DNA from: a virus
Lineage: Duplodnaviria > Caudoviricetes
Length of the DNA: 64,000 bases
Reading direction: 5' to 3' (one strand)
Virus record (IMG/VR): IMGVR_UViG_3300021399_000126
Span: 1 to 64,000 of that record
Below the pieces are notes generated by a model that was not told the origin of the DNA, searched no databases, and worked only from the letters and a program-made list of their open reading frames with translations. A program made the translations under genes and the position numbers. Position 1 is the stretch's first letter. Every line of letters starts with the position of its first letter. Below, piece by piece: positions 18,517 through 28,336 of this stretch.

Positions 18517-18705
18517 TTAAATAGTCTCTTTTATTATTTCTGAAGGATTATGACGACGATTACGTGCAATATATTCAATTTCTTTTGATGATGCTTTTTC
18601 TCTTTTATACATCATCGCATAATTAATATATTGCTCTAACACTGCTTCTTCATATTCATTCGTTACCTTACTAAGATCTCTTTCCTCTTTTTTAGTTAAA
18701 TTCAT
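18517..18705 (-). CDS. Small cassette gene
   Basis: 62-aa ORF between promoter 18721 and hairpin 18501-18532. Confidence 0.7.
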   Translation of the reverse strand: MNLTKKEERDLSKVTNEYEEAVLEQYINYAMMYKREKASSKEIEYIARNRRHNPSEIIKETI

Positions 18706-18720
18706 ATTATCACCTCCTTT

Positions 18721-18745
18721 ATTATAGAAGGAATATAATATGCGA
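18721..18745 (-). promoter_or_regulatory. Phage promoter motif (consensus copy)
   Basis: TCGCATATTATATTCCTTCTATAAT followed by AAAGGAGGTG. Confidence 0.8.
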
Positions 18746-18760
18746 AAAAAGAAAGGAGCA

Positions 18761-18997
18761 TTATGCTCCCTTCAAAAACTCTTTTGCCAATTCTTGAAGT
18801 TCAAGCTTCCCGTTTTCTGCAAAAGCATGAATATACTGGATCTCATCCTCAGTAAGGTTTTCTCCATTAATTGTTAATGTTCTTAACCATTCTTTAAAGA
18901 GAAAACCCTTCTTTAATGATCCACCAGCAATACTCCAACTTGCTACATAACGGGATACATAAATCCCATGAATCAACTTGTTTTCAAATTCGTTCAT
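18761..18997 (-). CDS. Small cassette gene
   Basis: 78-aa ORF between promoter 19038 and hairpin 18746-18772. Confidence 0.7.
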   Translation of the reverse strand: MNEFENKLIHGIYVSRYVASWSIAGGSLKKGFLFKEWLRTLTINGENLTEDEIQYIHAFAENGKLELQELAKEFLKGA

Positions 18998-19037
18998 ATT
19001 ATTATCCTCTCTTTCTAGATATACACCGCGTATATCT

Positions 19038-19062
19038 ATTATAGAAGGATTAAAATATGCGA
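19038..19062 (-). promoter_or_regulatory. Phage promoter motif
   Basis: TCGCA-N14-TATAAT followed by the hairpin AGATATAC-GCGGT-GTATATCT. Confidence 0.75.
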
Positions 19063-19111
19063 AAACTTAGAGCAACCATAAAATATAATTTATAGTTACT
19101 CTTTTGTTTTT

Positions 19112-19387
19112 TTACTTCCAATGAGAACTCCAAATAGAGCGATCAACTCCACTAATAGTTCCTAAATAATAAGTATCTTTGACACCATTAATCCGGAAGC
19201 AATTTATAACACCTATAGATCTGCTTTGACAAACAGATATTTTAGCACATTTAGAAAAATCAAATTCATCTAAATGAGACCAAAATGCCTCTTCCAAATC
19301 AGAAGTAAGGTTTCGATATACTTCCCTTTTAAGTATGATACTGTTTTTAATACTTATTTTCTTCTTTATAAGTTTCGCTATCTTCAT
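19112..19387 (-). CDS. Small cassette gene
   Basis: 91-aa ORF between promoter 19417 and hairpin 19062-19110. Confidence 0.65.
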   Translation of the reverse strand: MKIAKLIKKKISIKNSIILKREVYRNLTSDLEEAFWSHLDEFDFSKCAKISVCQSRSIGVINCFRINGVKDTYYLGTISGVDRSIWSSHWK

Positions 19388-19416
19388 ATGTAATTCTCCT
19401 TTCTGCCTTTCTGGCT

Positions 19417-19441
19417 ATTAAAGGAGCCTTATTTTTTGCGT
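19417..19441 (-). promoter_or_regulatory. Phage promoter motif with an abutting TTGTACGG box
   Basis: ACGCA-N14-TTTAAT. Confidence 0.65.
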
Positions 19442-19546
19442 CCGTACAAGTTCATACAATCTCTTTAAAATTTTATAAACTCCTTAATTAATATATGCGA
19501 AAAGAAGAAAGGAGCCATATTTCAGACTCCCTTCACATTCATAATC

Positions 19547-19630
19547 TCATTTCCATAGCTTCTTAAATATAAACTTAATTAAGCAAGCTAATAAAGCTAA
19601 CGAGATCAATACAAATGCAACGGTTAACAT
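19547..19630 (-). CDS. 27-aa hydrophobic cassette peptide (not in ORF track)
   Basis: MLTVAFVLISLALLACLIKFIFKKLWK; GAGGT RBS; between promoter 19672 and hairpin 19501-19533. Confidence 0.6.
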   Translation of the reverse strand: MLTVAFVLISLALLACLIKFIFKKLWK

Positions 19631-19671
19631 AAAATATACCTACCTCTCTTTCTTTAATCGACATTATTGTC

Positions 19672-19696
19672 ATTATAGGAGGCATATTTCTTGCGT
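19672..19696 (-). promoter_or_regulatory. Phage promoter motif with an abutting TTGTACGG box
   Basis: ACGCA-N14-TATAAT plus the GACAATAATGTC hairpin. Confidence 0.7.
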
Positions 19697-19723
19697 CCGT
19701 ACAAGTTCATACAACCTTAGCAA

Positions 19724-19978
19724 TTATTCAGTAGTTTCTTCAAGAGATTTTATTTTTTCGTTTTTAATTTCTTCAACTTTCTTATTAAAATCTTCCAATT
19801 CTTCCCTTGTTACAGCGTTTGCCTCATTAACAACCTTTTCCAAAATGCCCTGAAGTACTACTCTCTTAACTTCTATTGGAAGATTAAATTCATTTAAAGC
19901 TTGAATTATATGATTTTCAAGGTTTCGAACTTGAAGATTTATTCCCATGATTGAGCTATCTACCATTTGATCACTCAT
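19724..19978 (-). CDS. Hypothetical protein
   Basis: 84-aa ORF with an AAGGAG RBS. Confidence 0.7.
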   Translation of the reverse strand: MSDQMVDSSIMGINLQVRNLENHIIQALNEFNLPIEVKRVVLQGILEKVVNEANAVTREELEDFNKKVEEIKNEKIKSLEETTE

Positions 19979-20182
19979 AACAAATCTCCTTATAATATAT
20001 GACTAAATAATATAATGTGAGGACGCTACCACCGCCTCTGCCCAGAAATAACTTTCCCATCTTTGTGCACAAGATGTCTGGAGCCCCCGAAATTATTCGT
20101 TCAGAATGTCTCTCAGCTCATATACATAAGCGGGACATACAGCTAAAAATTATAATATACAGGTCTCGTAAGAGCCCTATAA

Positions 20183-21094
20183 TCAAATCTTATCTACAAT
20201 TACACCATCAACATTAAAGTCAAGAAGCCACTTATCATCGTTCTCGTTAACTCCTTCTTCAACTAATGCAATTCTGAAGTCAACATATCCGTCGCCGTCA
20301 CCATTATCAAGCCATCCAACAAGCTGACCATAATCTGTACGATCATAACCGAGCATGTCATATACATCATTTAAGAACAAGAACCCTTGACTTCTAAGCT
20401 TAAGATTTGCTACCTGTTCCTGTGTCTTAAGGAATTCCTCATTATATACTCTACCACAGCCATCATTTGTGTTAGTTATGTAGAATATATCGCAGGTCGA
20501 TGCACTATAATATCTAGCATATTCACTAGGGAGACTAGGATCGACAAGATTCATCTTCTTATCAACCATCTTGACATTACCCTTTTTGTCAGTTGTCTCA
20601 ACTGCTACAACTTCTGTATGTCTGCCAGTAAGAATATCTCGCTCAACATCTTCACCATATCTATCCTTAACTCTTTGACGATATGCCTCGAATGCTGCTG
20701 TGACTGACTCAAGAGCTGCTAATGATGTAGCAAGCCTCTTTCTCATGATACCATGTGCTGAGATACTAAGTACTACAGATGCACCTGCTAAACCTGCTGC
20801 CGGAGCATATGCTAAAGCGATCTTTCCTCCAGTCTTAACATATTCCTTAGCAAGTTCCTTCTTATACTCAACAATCTCTTCAGGATGATCTGATGACTCA
20901 ATATCACCCATCTTATCCTTAACGTCATCAACTCTTTCTGCATGATCATCAAGAATTTCTTCGAGCTTAAGTGTCCCTCTTGCTACAAAATATAATGCTG
21001 CTGCACCTGTAAGAATTGACGCGCCAATCATAATTTCCGGAGCGTGCTGCTTACACAGATGAGCTGCTTTAAACATTATCTGTTTGAATCCCAT
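20183..21094 (-). CDS. DUF6353-like phage protein, paralogue 1
   Basis: HAPEI-TM segment, YAPA, F.AYR.RV, GFLFLNDVYDMLG...GQLVGW, DFNVDG; family name from recall. Confidence 0.6.
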   Translation of the reverse strand: MGFKQIMFKAAHLCKQHAPEIMIGASILTGAAALYFVARGTLKLEEILDDHAERVDDVKDKMGDIESSDHPEEIVEYKKELAKEYVKTGGKIALAYAPAAGLAGASVVLSISAHGIMRKRLATSLAALESVTAAFEAYRQRVKDRYGEDVERDILTGRHTEVVAVETTDKKGNVKMVDKKMNLVDPSLPSEYARYYSASTCDIFYITNTNDGCGRVYNEEFLKTQEQVANLKLRSQGFLFLNDVYDMLGYDRTDYGQLVGWLDNGDGDGYVDFRIALVEEGVNENDDKWLLDFNVDGVIVDKI

Positions 21095-21700
21095 TGTCGT
21101 TCTCCTTTTCTTCATTGTTATCTTTATTTAATGCAGATATAATTACATTTCCAACAGTAGCTGCTATGCTGGTGAGGCTTAGCATAAATATAAACGGATG
21201 TCTGCATGCGAAATCCCATATATTTGTTTTACTCATTTTTTTTTTTTTCACTCCTATAAAGTAAATTGTCGTAAGACAGCCTTTTACTCCTTTCAAGAGA
21301 CTTTATCCTATCAAAAGAAAGAGAGGGTTCCTAAAAATATAAGAACCCTCAGTGAAAGGATAAAAATGGATTATATAATCAGGCAGTTTTAAGCTTGCTC
21401 CTCTCAGACACAAGCTTTTCCCGCCAATGATTAGCAAAATATGAATTTGATCCACGAGTTTTAGATCTAGACTTGTTTTGACCATGCTTGTTGATCTGTC
21501 TAAATCCTTCAAGCTGCATGCGATTTCTCGCGAGAGCTCTTTTATATGATCTTAATATGCTCATATATTATCTCCTTTAAATATAATTGTAAGCCTCATC
21601 CCTAGCTTACTCGGCCTAACCCACTTCTTCCTTACCATAGTTACTAGGCTTCCTTATATTTTATAACATGGGCTCGAAGTGGCTTCTCCAAGGGTCCATA

Positions 21701-22429
21701 TTATAATTGCTCTAAATCCGGTAAATCGAGAATACATCCTCCATGAACCGGACGCGGCTTTACACCGCTAAGATTGGTCCAACCCCAGAACTTATCTGTA
21801 GCCTCCCAGGTTTGATCAACCATATCATAATAGTCAGCCACAGAACACTGACCATAATCGGCAATGAGATCTTGCATATCCATAAGAACCTGCATTGCGA
21901 TCTGTCGATCAGGTATTATAATATCATCAAACGATCGGCGATTACGTCTTCCATATCTCTTATCTTCGTTATTATCACGATTTGATACTCGAGATGATGT
22001 ACTATAATCCTTATAACCACCTACAATACGTCTATTGTTGCCGCCTCTTCTACTTCTTGATCCAGCATCACCAAATAACAATATATTAATGGCACCATTT
22101 ACCAAATCAGCTATTGTTTCTTTAGCGCTAGGAATAAGAATATCCCACAAAATATATGATCCAACAGTATCAGACTCTTCAGATAAGAAAGTATCTTTGA
22201 ATCGCTCACCAAGTGGCTTCTTTTTTCTTACACCAGTAACCACTTTTTTAACTGCTGGACGCTCATCAGACTGAGTATTTTTCACACCAGCAGATTTCTT
22301 TATATTTTCAATTTCTTTTTTATTCTGCTGCTCTAATTCCATTTCAGCCTTTGTTTTTTTACTATTGCCAGGAAGATTCTTATATTCATCAAATACACTT
22401 CCTAACATAGGTGTATTTCCATCAGCCAT
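21701..22429 (-). CDS. Conserved phage protein sharing the C-terminal SV.D.Y...WGW module
   Basis: LIPSAKETIAD and YGQCSVADYYD...WGWTNL. Confidence 0.65.
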   Translation of the reverse strand: MADGNTPMLGSVFDEYKNLPGNSKKTKAEMELEQQNKKEIENIKKSAGVKNTQSDERPAVKKVVTGVRKKKPLGERFKDTFLSEESDTVGSYILWDILIPSAKETIADLVNGAINILLFGDAGSRSRRGGNNRRIVGGYKDYSTSSRVSNRDNNEDKRYGRRNRRSFDDIIIPDRQIAMQVLMDMQDLIADYGQCSVADYYDMVDQTWEATDKFWGWTNLSGVKPRPVHGGCILDLPDLEQL

Positions 22430-22751
22430 TATCAGTCTCCTCTTCTATAGTTTCGTCATCACTAGATGATATGCCCTTAACTACATTTGAAATCGTATCT
22501 ACAACCTTAACACAATTATCAATTTGATCATCGACATAAGATTCAGCAGCATTACCAACAGCTCCAGCCAATGCAGTAGCACCGACAAGCATAAGAACTT
22601 TCTTAAGAGTTTTGTCTGTTGGAAGAATTACCGCTTTACCATATCTGGTCATAATATAACCAGCTCCAAATGATGCTGCGCTGCCAATGATAAATTTTGC
22701 AGCTGTGATTCCGATCTGTTTCATGTCAATTTTAAATCGTTTTGTCTCCAT
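22422..22751 (-). CDS. Small membrane protein
   Basis: Two Gly/Ala-rich hydrophobic segments; start at METKRF. Confidence 0.65.
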   Translation of the reverse strand: METKRFKIDMKQIGITAAKFIIGSAASFGAGYIMTRYGKAVILPTDKTLKKVLMLVGATALAGAVGNAAESYVDDQIDNCVKVVDTISNVVKGISSSDDETIEEETDNG

Positions 22752-22828
22752 ATTTTTATCCTTTCTTAGAAAAAACATAGAGAGATCATACCTGCATTAA
22801 TATCACAAGTACGACCTCCCTTCTCTCT

Positions 22829-22853
22829 ATTAAAGACGCAATAAATTGTGCGA
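22829..22853 (-). promoter_or_regulatory. Phage promoter motif followed directly by a long hairpin and U-tract
   Basis: TCGCA-N14-TTTAAT. Confidence 0.7.
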
Positions 22854-22876
22854 TTGCATCATTTGTCATACTGGTT

Positions 22877-23767
22877 TTACCACCTATGCAAATCACCATA
22901 CTGATATCTAGGAGCTATAAGATAGTCAATAACCAAGCAAGGTCCACCACCATGCTCTTCATCAGCCAATATAGAACTAAATGTCAAATCTATTAGACCA
23001 GTCATTGAGTTCCATCCAAGCTGCTCACCCATAGTTACCTGAGGTAATCCAAGCTCATAATAGAAATCATTAAGTGAAATATAATCCTCATGAAGAAGTC
23101 TTTCATTCAGATTATTAACTATTCTATGAATCTTATCAATATCTGACTTAAAATATCTTCCTGTATAACTATCATAGCAAAGTGCATCACCAGCTCCAGT
23201 TATGATAATCGGTGCACCATTTGGATTGCCTTCTGTCGCAGGAGGATTCTTTTCTACCTTTTCCTCAGCAATTTTCTTAATTACTTCTGCTGCTTTCTTT
23301 TCACCGATCTGCTCTACAACCTTATTCTTATAAGTTCTAAAAGCCTCCTCTGTGGCTGTGAGAGCTGCACTTGTGGCTGTAAGACGCTGAACAGAGATTG
23401 AGTTTGCACCAATAAATGCTGCTATTGATGCACCACCCATAAGTACTGCAGGAATATAAAGAGGAGCAATTTCCTTTACTACATCCTTAAACGCAGGTCT
23501 ATACTCTTTATCTGGAACTTTATCCATCAATTCCTGAGTTCCGACAAATATCTGTGCCTCATCAGTCTCATCCTTATGCTCTGAAAGATACTGCTTCTCA
23601 CATAATTTACTAATTTCAAGGTTTTTATCGTCCTTTAGTTTCTGTACTCTTCTTTGTGCTTCCGGTGTAACCTTTACAGCAAAGAATACTGTTCCTCCTA
23701 TTCCAAGACATCCTGCTACTGTAAGAATAGTAGGTAAGTGCTTAACAAAGTTTTCTTTGAATCCCAT
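22877..23767 (-). CDS. DUF6353-like phage protein, paralogue 2
   Basis: HLPTIL-TM segment, YIPA, YDSYTGRYF, YISLNDFYYELGL...GEQLGW. Confidence 0.6.
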   Translation of the reverse strand: MGFKENFVKHLPTILTVAGCLGIGGTVFFAVKVTPEAQRRVQKLKDDKNLEISKLCEKQYLSEHKDETDEAQIFVGTQELMDKVPDKEYRPAFKDVVKEIAPLYIPAVLMGGASIAAFIGANSISVQRLTATSAALTATEEAFRTYKNKVVEQIGEKKAAEVIKKIAEEKVEKNPPATEGNPNGAPIIITGAGDALCYDSYTGRYFKSDIDKIHRIVNNLNERLLHEDYISLNDFYYELGLPQVTMGEQLGWNSMTGLIDLTFSSILADEEHGGGPCLVIDYLIAPRYQYGDLHRW

Positions 23768-23823
23768 TGTGATTCTCCTTTCATATGTTAAAAAGTTATA
23801 GACGCGCTATCTACACATCTATC

Positions 23824-23848
23824 ACTATAGAAGTAAAAATTTTTGCGA
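23824..23848 (-). promoter_or_regulatory. Phage promoter motif
   Basis: TCGCA-N14-TATAGT plus a 5' hairpin. Confidence 0.65.
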
Positions 23849-24270
23849 TTTTAGAAATTTGTGATTTTGATTGGCCGCTTATTATCAAATATAATGTCAG
23901 TTAACTGCTTAATGCTAGTCTCAATAAATTCTGGCTTTTCACTCGGGCTAATGGCCTCCATTACCTTAACTGCCTTTTCTACATCATCCGTACAAGTTAC
24001 AGCAACACCATTAACTACTACTGGTATGTTTTTGGAATTGTTATAAATACAGAAATTATTTGGCTCACAAACATGATCGACGATAGACTTGATTGTAAGT
24101 TCTACACCATTATGCATACCAGTATTTACACCATTAACAAATCCCTTTTTATATAATATAACACCTCCAACAACTACTACTCCACCTCCGATAACCCAAG
24201 GAATAGCCTTTTTAATAAGTTTCTTAGCCTTCTTTTTGTAAATTTCAATCTTTTTCATTTTTTTTTTCTC

Positions 24271-24555
24271 CTAATGTTCAATAATAGTTACTGTGCCTTC
24301 CCATATACCATAAACTGAATCCTCTTGCCAAGTATAAGTTTCCGGATATTCATCTTCTCGCATAGGCCTGGAAAGATACCATAAATTATCTCCATCTTTC
24401 CATGTTATTTCTAATAATTTCTGACCTTCTGGAAGATCAATGGTATATTTTCCTCCATAGCCCTTAGCCATACTTTGTGCACAACCAGAAAAACAGAATA
24501 TAATAGCAAATAACATAAGCAGCGACATACCTAAAGTTATAATTTTTCTAATCAT
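24271..24555 (-). CDS. Conserved phage lipoprotein-like protein
   Basis: Lipobox-like FSGC; GG...I.LP.GQKL..ITWK...LWYL.RPM. Confidence 0.65.
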   Translation of the reverse strand: MIRKIITLGMSLLMLFAIIFCFSGCAQSMAKGYGGKYTIDLPEGQKLLEITWKDGDNLWYLSRPMREDEYPETYTWQEDSVYGIWEGTVTIIEH

Positions 24556-25598
24556 TTAATATACTCCATTCTTTTATATCTATAATACTTGTCCCATCAT
24601 ATACTTCCATTGGATAATAACAGCCAATCCAAGTGTTTTTACTGGAAAACTCATATTGCTGATAACAGGTATTCCATACATTTACCTCGTCTAGAATATC
24701 TTTTGTTCGAATATTAAAATCATCTCTCAAGTTGTCGTTTTCAAGTTCAGATATAATTTTATTATACTTATTTCGCATTTCTATATTTGTATGATTAACA
24801 CCATATTTACTATGACATAGTATTAATAATATAAGCATGATTGCGAATGCAAAACCAAATATAACTATACCGATACCTGCATAAATTGTTTTATCAAAAA
24901 TATTATCAAGAGTGTCTAATAGTTTGTCTTTTTTCGTTAATTTTATTAATTCAGTTTTCTCTTCATCTGTCATTTCTTCAAAATTTTTCCAAACCCGAGA
25001 ACTAAAACCTGTTCCTGATTTATTTATAACATTAATTTTATGCCTTATGCTATCTTGTACATTATAAATAACTTTATTAGTCATAATATAACTTACAATT
25101 GTAATAATTATACATAAAATAAGTAATATTCCTGTTAATAATATAAGTAACATTTTTCAACCTCCGTAAACTTTTAATTCCTTTTCTATTTGTTCATACA
25201 TTTCTTGATTAAGAATTATTTTAACTGGTTCTTCAGCATACTCTCTATTCCAAGTTGCAAAACAAGGTCCACCATTTTTATAGCAATCAGTCTTCTCACA
25301 ATCTTTATTTTTTTCTGGATCACACATATAAAGATTTAAATATAATTCCTTATCACAATATGGACACCAGACCATTTTTCTAACAAGATCTGTCTTAACC
25401 ATATCTTGATACACTTCAAACTCTTTACCACAATAATCACATTTTATAATTTGTTTCATATTATATACTCCAAATTATCCATAATAGTAATGCAACCAAC
25501 GATCCAATTATTGGAACAATACATATTGGAATAGTTGTCTCAAGTACTTCTCTTAATTTTTTTCTCATCTTTACCTCCGGGAAAAACTTAAAGGGATA

Positions 25599-25712
25599 TT
25601 AAATCCCTAAAAGTTTGTATATGGAGTTGCAAATGACAACACCTAACATTGGAACCCAGATTATAGCTGTCTCCAGCATAAAGGTTCCGATCTTTTTTAT
25701 TAAGTTATACAT
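25599..25712 (-). CDS. 37-aa hydrophobic cassette peptide (not in ORF track)
   Basis: MYNLIKKIGTFMLETAIIWVPMLGVVICNSIYKLLGI; AAGGAGG follows the promoter by 4 nt. Confidence 0.6.
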   Translation of the reverse strand: MYNLIKKIGTFMLETAIIWVPMLGVVICNSIYKLLGI

Positions 25713-25730
25713 AAGCAAACCCTCCTTTTC

Positions 25731-25755
25731 ATTAAAGAAGGATTAAATTATGCGA
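25731..25755 (-). promoter_or_regulatory. Phage promoter motif overlapping the 3' end of the PurA-like gene
   Basis: TCGCA-N14-TTTAAT. Confidence 0.7.
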
Positions 25756-26847
25756 ATTAACACAATCCCTTGTTGGACCATTACTAATGTAATTATAAGA
25801 AAAATTTTCATCTGGTTTAATTTCGTCAGCATGTGTTAAAGCTATAGTTGTTTTAACTTTATAAGGTGATGAATCAATTTTTATTCGTTCGTACAACGCT
25901 TCATAGTTTATATTAGCATACCGAAGATTTCCTTGAAATGGATTATAAACATTTGTTTTATCAACAAATCCAAAATCTATTTCATCATCAAGTTTACCAT
26001 CACCATGTCTAGTGAGATAGGTTCTAGAAACATAGCAAGCTTCTATATCCAAATCTTTTCTATCACCAATAATATCAAAAACAGCTTTCAATCCAGTATT
26101 ACTAGATGTTCCATATTCAGGATCATAATCTTTATCTAATAATAAACCTTGAGCGTTTTCAAATATAATGGTATCATAGTGATCAAACAAATAATCTTGG
26201 TCACAAACCGGAGTACAAATATGTTGCATAGACCTAAAATCTTGTATAAAATTATTTATAAGATTATCAGAATAATAAGCGTTTTTCCAATTTCCAGATA
26301 AATGTATATTATTTTCTTCCATCTTCTGTTTATAATATACATCTCTAATATCCAATAAATCTTTTTCTATTTCATTATCTGTCATGCATGCATATCTTAT
26401 AAAGTTTGCACCATTTCGTCTTTTTGTTTCATAAACACCATATCCACAACTATTATTAAGGCCTTGCTCAGTCATGAAAAGTATGTTATAAATCATATCA
26501 AATGGTGTACTAACCAAACAATTATTATTTATCCGTGGTCTTGGAGTAAATCTAGTATCCTTGTTTAATAGTTTATACTCCTCTACAAATATAAGAGGAT
26601 TGGAAACAAATTGAGCTGGAATATAAGTATCCGCACCAGCAAATGTTCCACTTCCAAAATGATGAAAAATATGTCTTAAATTATTAACCTGTACAGTATG
26701 ACCTCTTTGTGATCCACCATTCGTTAAAACATTTAGGCACTTGGCATTTTTATCAGCTTCAAGAGCCTGATGACAAAAATAATCTGTCATCAAGCCCTTT
26801 CCCTCGTCTCCGTAGTTTGCTCCTATAACAGCTTTGACTACTACCAT
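25732..26847 (-). CDS. Adenylosuccinate synthetase-like protein (divergent PurA family)
   Basis: GANYGDEGKG, NGGSQRGHTV, FENAQGLLLD, RTYLTRHGDG, DKTN and GNLRY motifs. Confidence 0.85.
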   Translation of the reverse strand: MVVVKAVIGANYGDEGKGLMTDYFCHQALEADKNAKCLNVLTNGGSQRGHTVQVNNLRHIFHHFGSGTFAGADTYIPAQFVSNPLIFVEEYKLLNKDTRFTPRPRINNNCLVSTPFDMIYNILFMTEQGLNNSCGYGVYETKRRNGANFIRYACMTDNEIEKDLLDIRDVYYKQKMEENNIHLSGNWKNAYYSDNLINNFIQDFRSMQHICTPVCDQDYLFDHYDTIIFENAQGLLLDKDYDPEYGTSSNTGLKAVFDIIGDRKDLDIEACYVSRTYLTRHGDGKLDDEIDFGFVDKTNVYNPFQGNLRYANINYEALYERIKIDSSPYKVKTTIALTHADEIKPDENFSYNYISNGPTRDCVNSHNLILL

Positions 26848-27704
26848 GAAATTTCTCCTTTTGAATTTACAGGGCTATTAATAGGCTTATTTTTTGATGA
26901 ATTTAATATAACATTTATAATATCATCACTTATAGAATTCATCGTTGACTTAATGAAATGATCACCCAAAATCTCGTTCCAACCATAATATATCTCATTT
27001 ACATCAAACCTTGATGATCTATGATTTACGTCCAGATGATATATATCAAATTTATCTATAGCATCTTTATATAGCTCATGTGTATCAATATCACCCTGAA
27101 TATAATTACCCAAAGAAGCTGATAATCCGTCCTGTGGAAGATATGGATTAATCATTTCATCACCAATTGTTATAATGATACCTTTTTCACCACGATTCCA
27201 ACAATCTAATCGTGTATTATGAAGTCCAAAATACCAAGCAGCAGAATATGATTCATAACTATTTCCTCCGCCGCCAAATTCAAACCAAACTTTATCGAGT
27301 TGTTCAGCAATTCGTATATCTGACTCAAATTGAGATGCTTGTATCGGAGCACTATCATATGCTAAATCACCAATGCCCATTATCATAAATTCAATATCGG
27401 GTATTTCCTTGTACAATTTTGTCATTATGACATTGAGTTTCTTAGCTACTTCTACGGCTGCATCACCCATAGAACCAGTCACATCAAGTGCTAATATAAC
27501 TGGTTTTGTATTTGGATGTTCTTCTGAATCACAACATTCTCTTATAACATTATGAGGATTTAATGCTGGATCAATACTTCTTGATTTAAACATTTCTTGA
27601 TTGCTTAAATTAGAGGCTATTGCACCGGTACTATCTAATGAGACTCCTCTTGTACTAGCTGTATAGGATGCAAATTTTACAGAGCTCCAACTTCCACTAC
27701 CCAT
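26841..27704 (-). CDS. VWA (MIDAS) domain protein
   Basis: LALDVTGSMG, GIGD, GGGGN..ESY and TIGDE motifs. Confidence 0.8.
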   Translation of the reverse strand: MGSGSWSSVKFASYTASTRGVSLDSTGAIASNLSNQEMFKSRSIDPALNPHNVIRECCDSEEHPNTKPVILALDVTGSMGDAAVEVAKKLNVIMTKLYKEIPDIEFMIMGIGDLAYDSAPIQASQFESDIRIAEQLDKVWFEFGGGGNSYESYSAAWYFGLHNTRLDCWNRGEKGIIITIGDEMINPYLPQDGLSASLGNYIQGDIDTHELYKDAIDKFDIYHLDVNHRSSRFDVNEIYYGWNEILGDHFIKSTMNSISDDIINVILNSSKNKPINSPVNSKGEISW

Positions 27705-28291
27705 TATTCATTTACCTCCTCTTCTTCTGAATCATCTTCATCAGTATCGAAATTGAACATTCCAGAGAACATATTATTCATACCACCTCCAAACATCATC
27801 ATGAAAGGAAGTGCATTATTCATAGAGGAATTTGAGGAAGAACCCTTTAACATTTCAGACATCATCATATACTGCATAATATTTTTGGTGCCTTTCTTTC
27901 CTTTAAAATTATCTCCAAACATTGAAACAATCTTGCCATAAAAATATGTATTGCCCATGAATACATGTCTTTCCGGAAGAAGAGTTTCAACGGTTGAATC
28001 TTCATAATTGATTACTGTTATTTTGTCTTTTGTAGCGTCAATAACACATTTAGGCTTTCCGGAAGCAAGAATGATATCACCTTTATGAACTTTGTTTGTT
28101 GGTATAACGAAAAAGAAGTCTTCCCCTATATCGAATACAAAATTACTACAGTTGGTGAGTCTGTTAGTGTTTATGTCATATGATTTATATCCAGATTCCG
28201 TTTTTACAGCTATTCCTCCGCTCATAGATAATCTGCACATACCAGGTGCGATCTTTCCAAACATTGTCCCCATAAAATTTTCAGTATTCAT
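27704..28291 (-). CDS. Conserved protein with a Met-rich C-terminus, coupled to the VWA gene
   Basis: Stop/start overlap with the VWA gene; YMMMSEM and PFMMMF segments. Confidence 0.7.
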   Translation of the reverse strand: MNTENFMGTMFGKIAPGMCRLSMSGGIAVKTESGYKSYDINTNRLTNCSNFVFDIGEDFFFVIPTNKVHKGDIILASGKPKCVIDATKDKITVINYEDSTVETLLPERHVFMGNTYFYGKIVSMFGDNFKGKKGTKNIMQYMMMSEMLKGSSSNSSMNNALPFMMMFGGGMNNMFSGMFNFDTDEDDSEEEEVNE

Positions 28292-28336
28292 TTTTTTTTC
28301 TCCTTTCAATGACTTTGTCATAAGTTCCTAATATTT

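Noticed and set aside
18721-18745. Ordinary sigma-A promoter reading (TTCGCA as -35, TATAAT as -10)
   Set aside because: The spacer is 14 nt rather than about 17, and the SD or 5' hairpin begins immediately after the hexamer; a host RNAP plus phage activator model is disfavoured but not excluded
20060-20125. Hammerhead ribozyme
   Set aside because: CUGAGAG and CUGAACGA do not match the CUGANGA core with correctly placed stems
25732-26847. PurZ / Z-genome pathway
   Set aside because: Retains the PurA-type Asp in GDEGKG; no DatZ- or MazZ-like neighbour recognised
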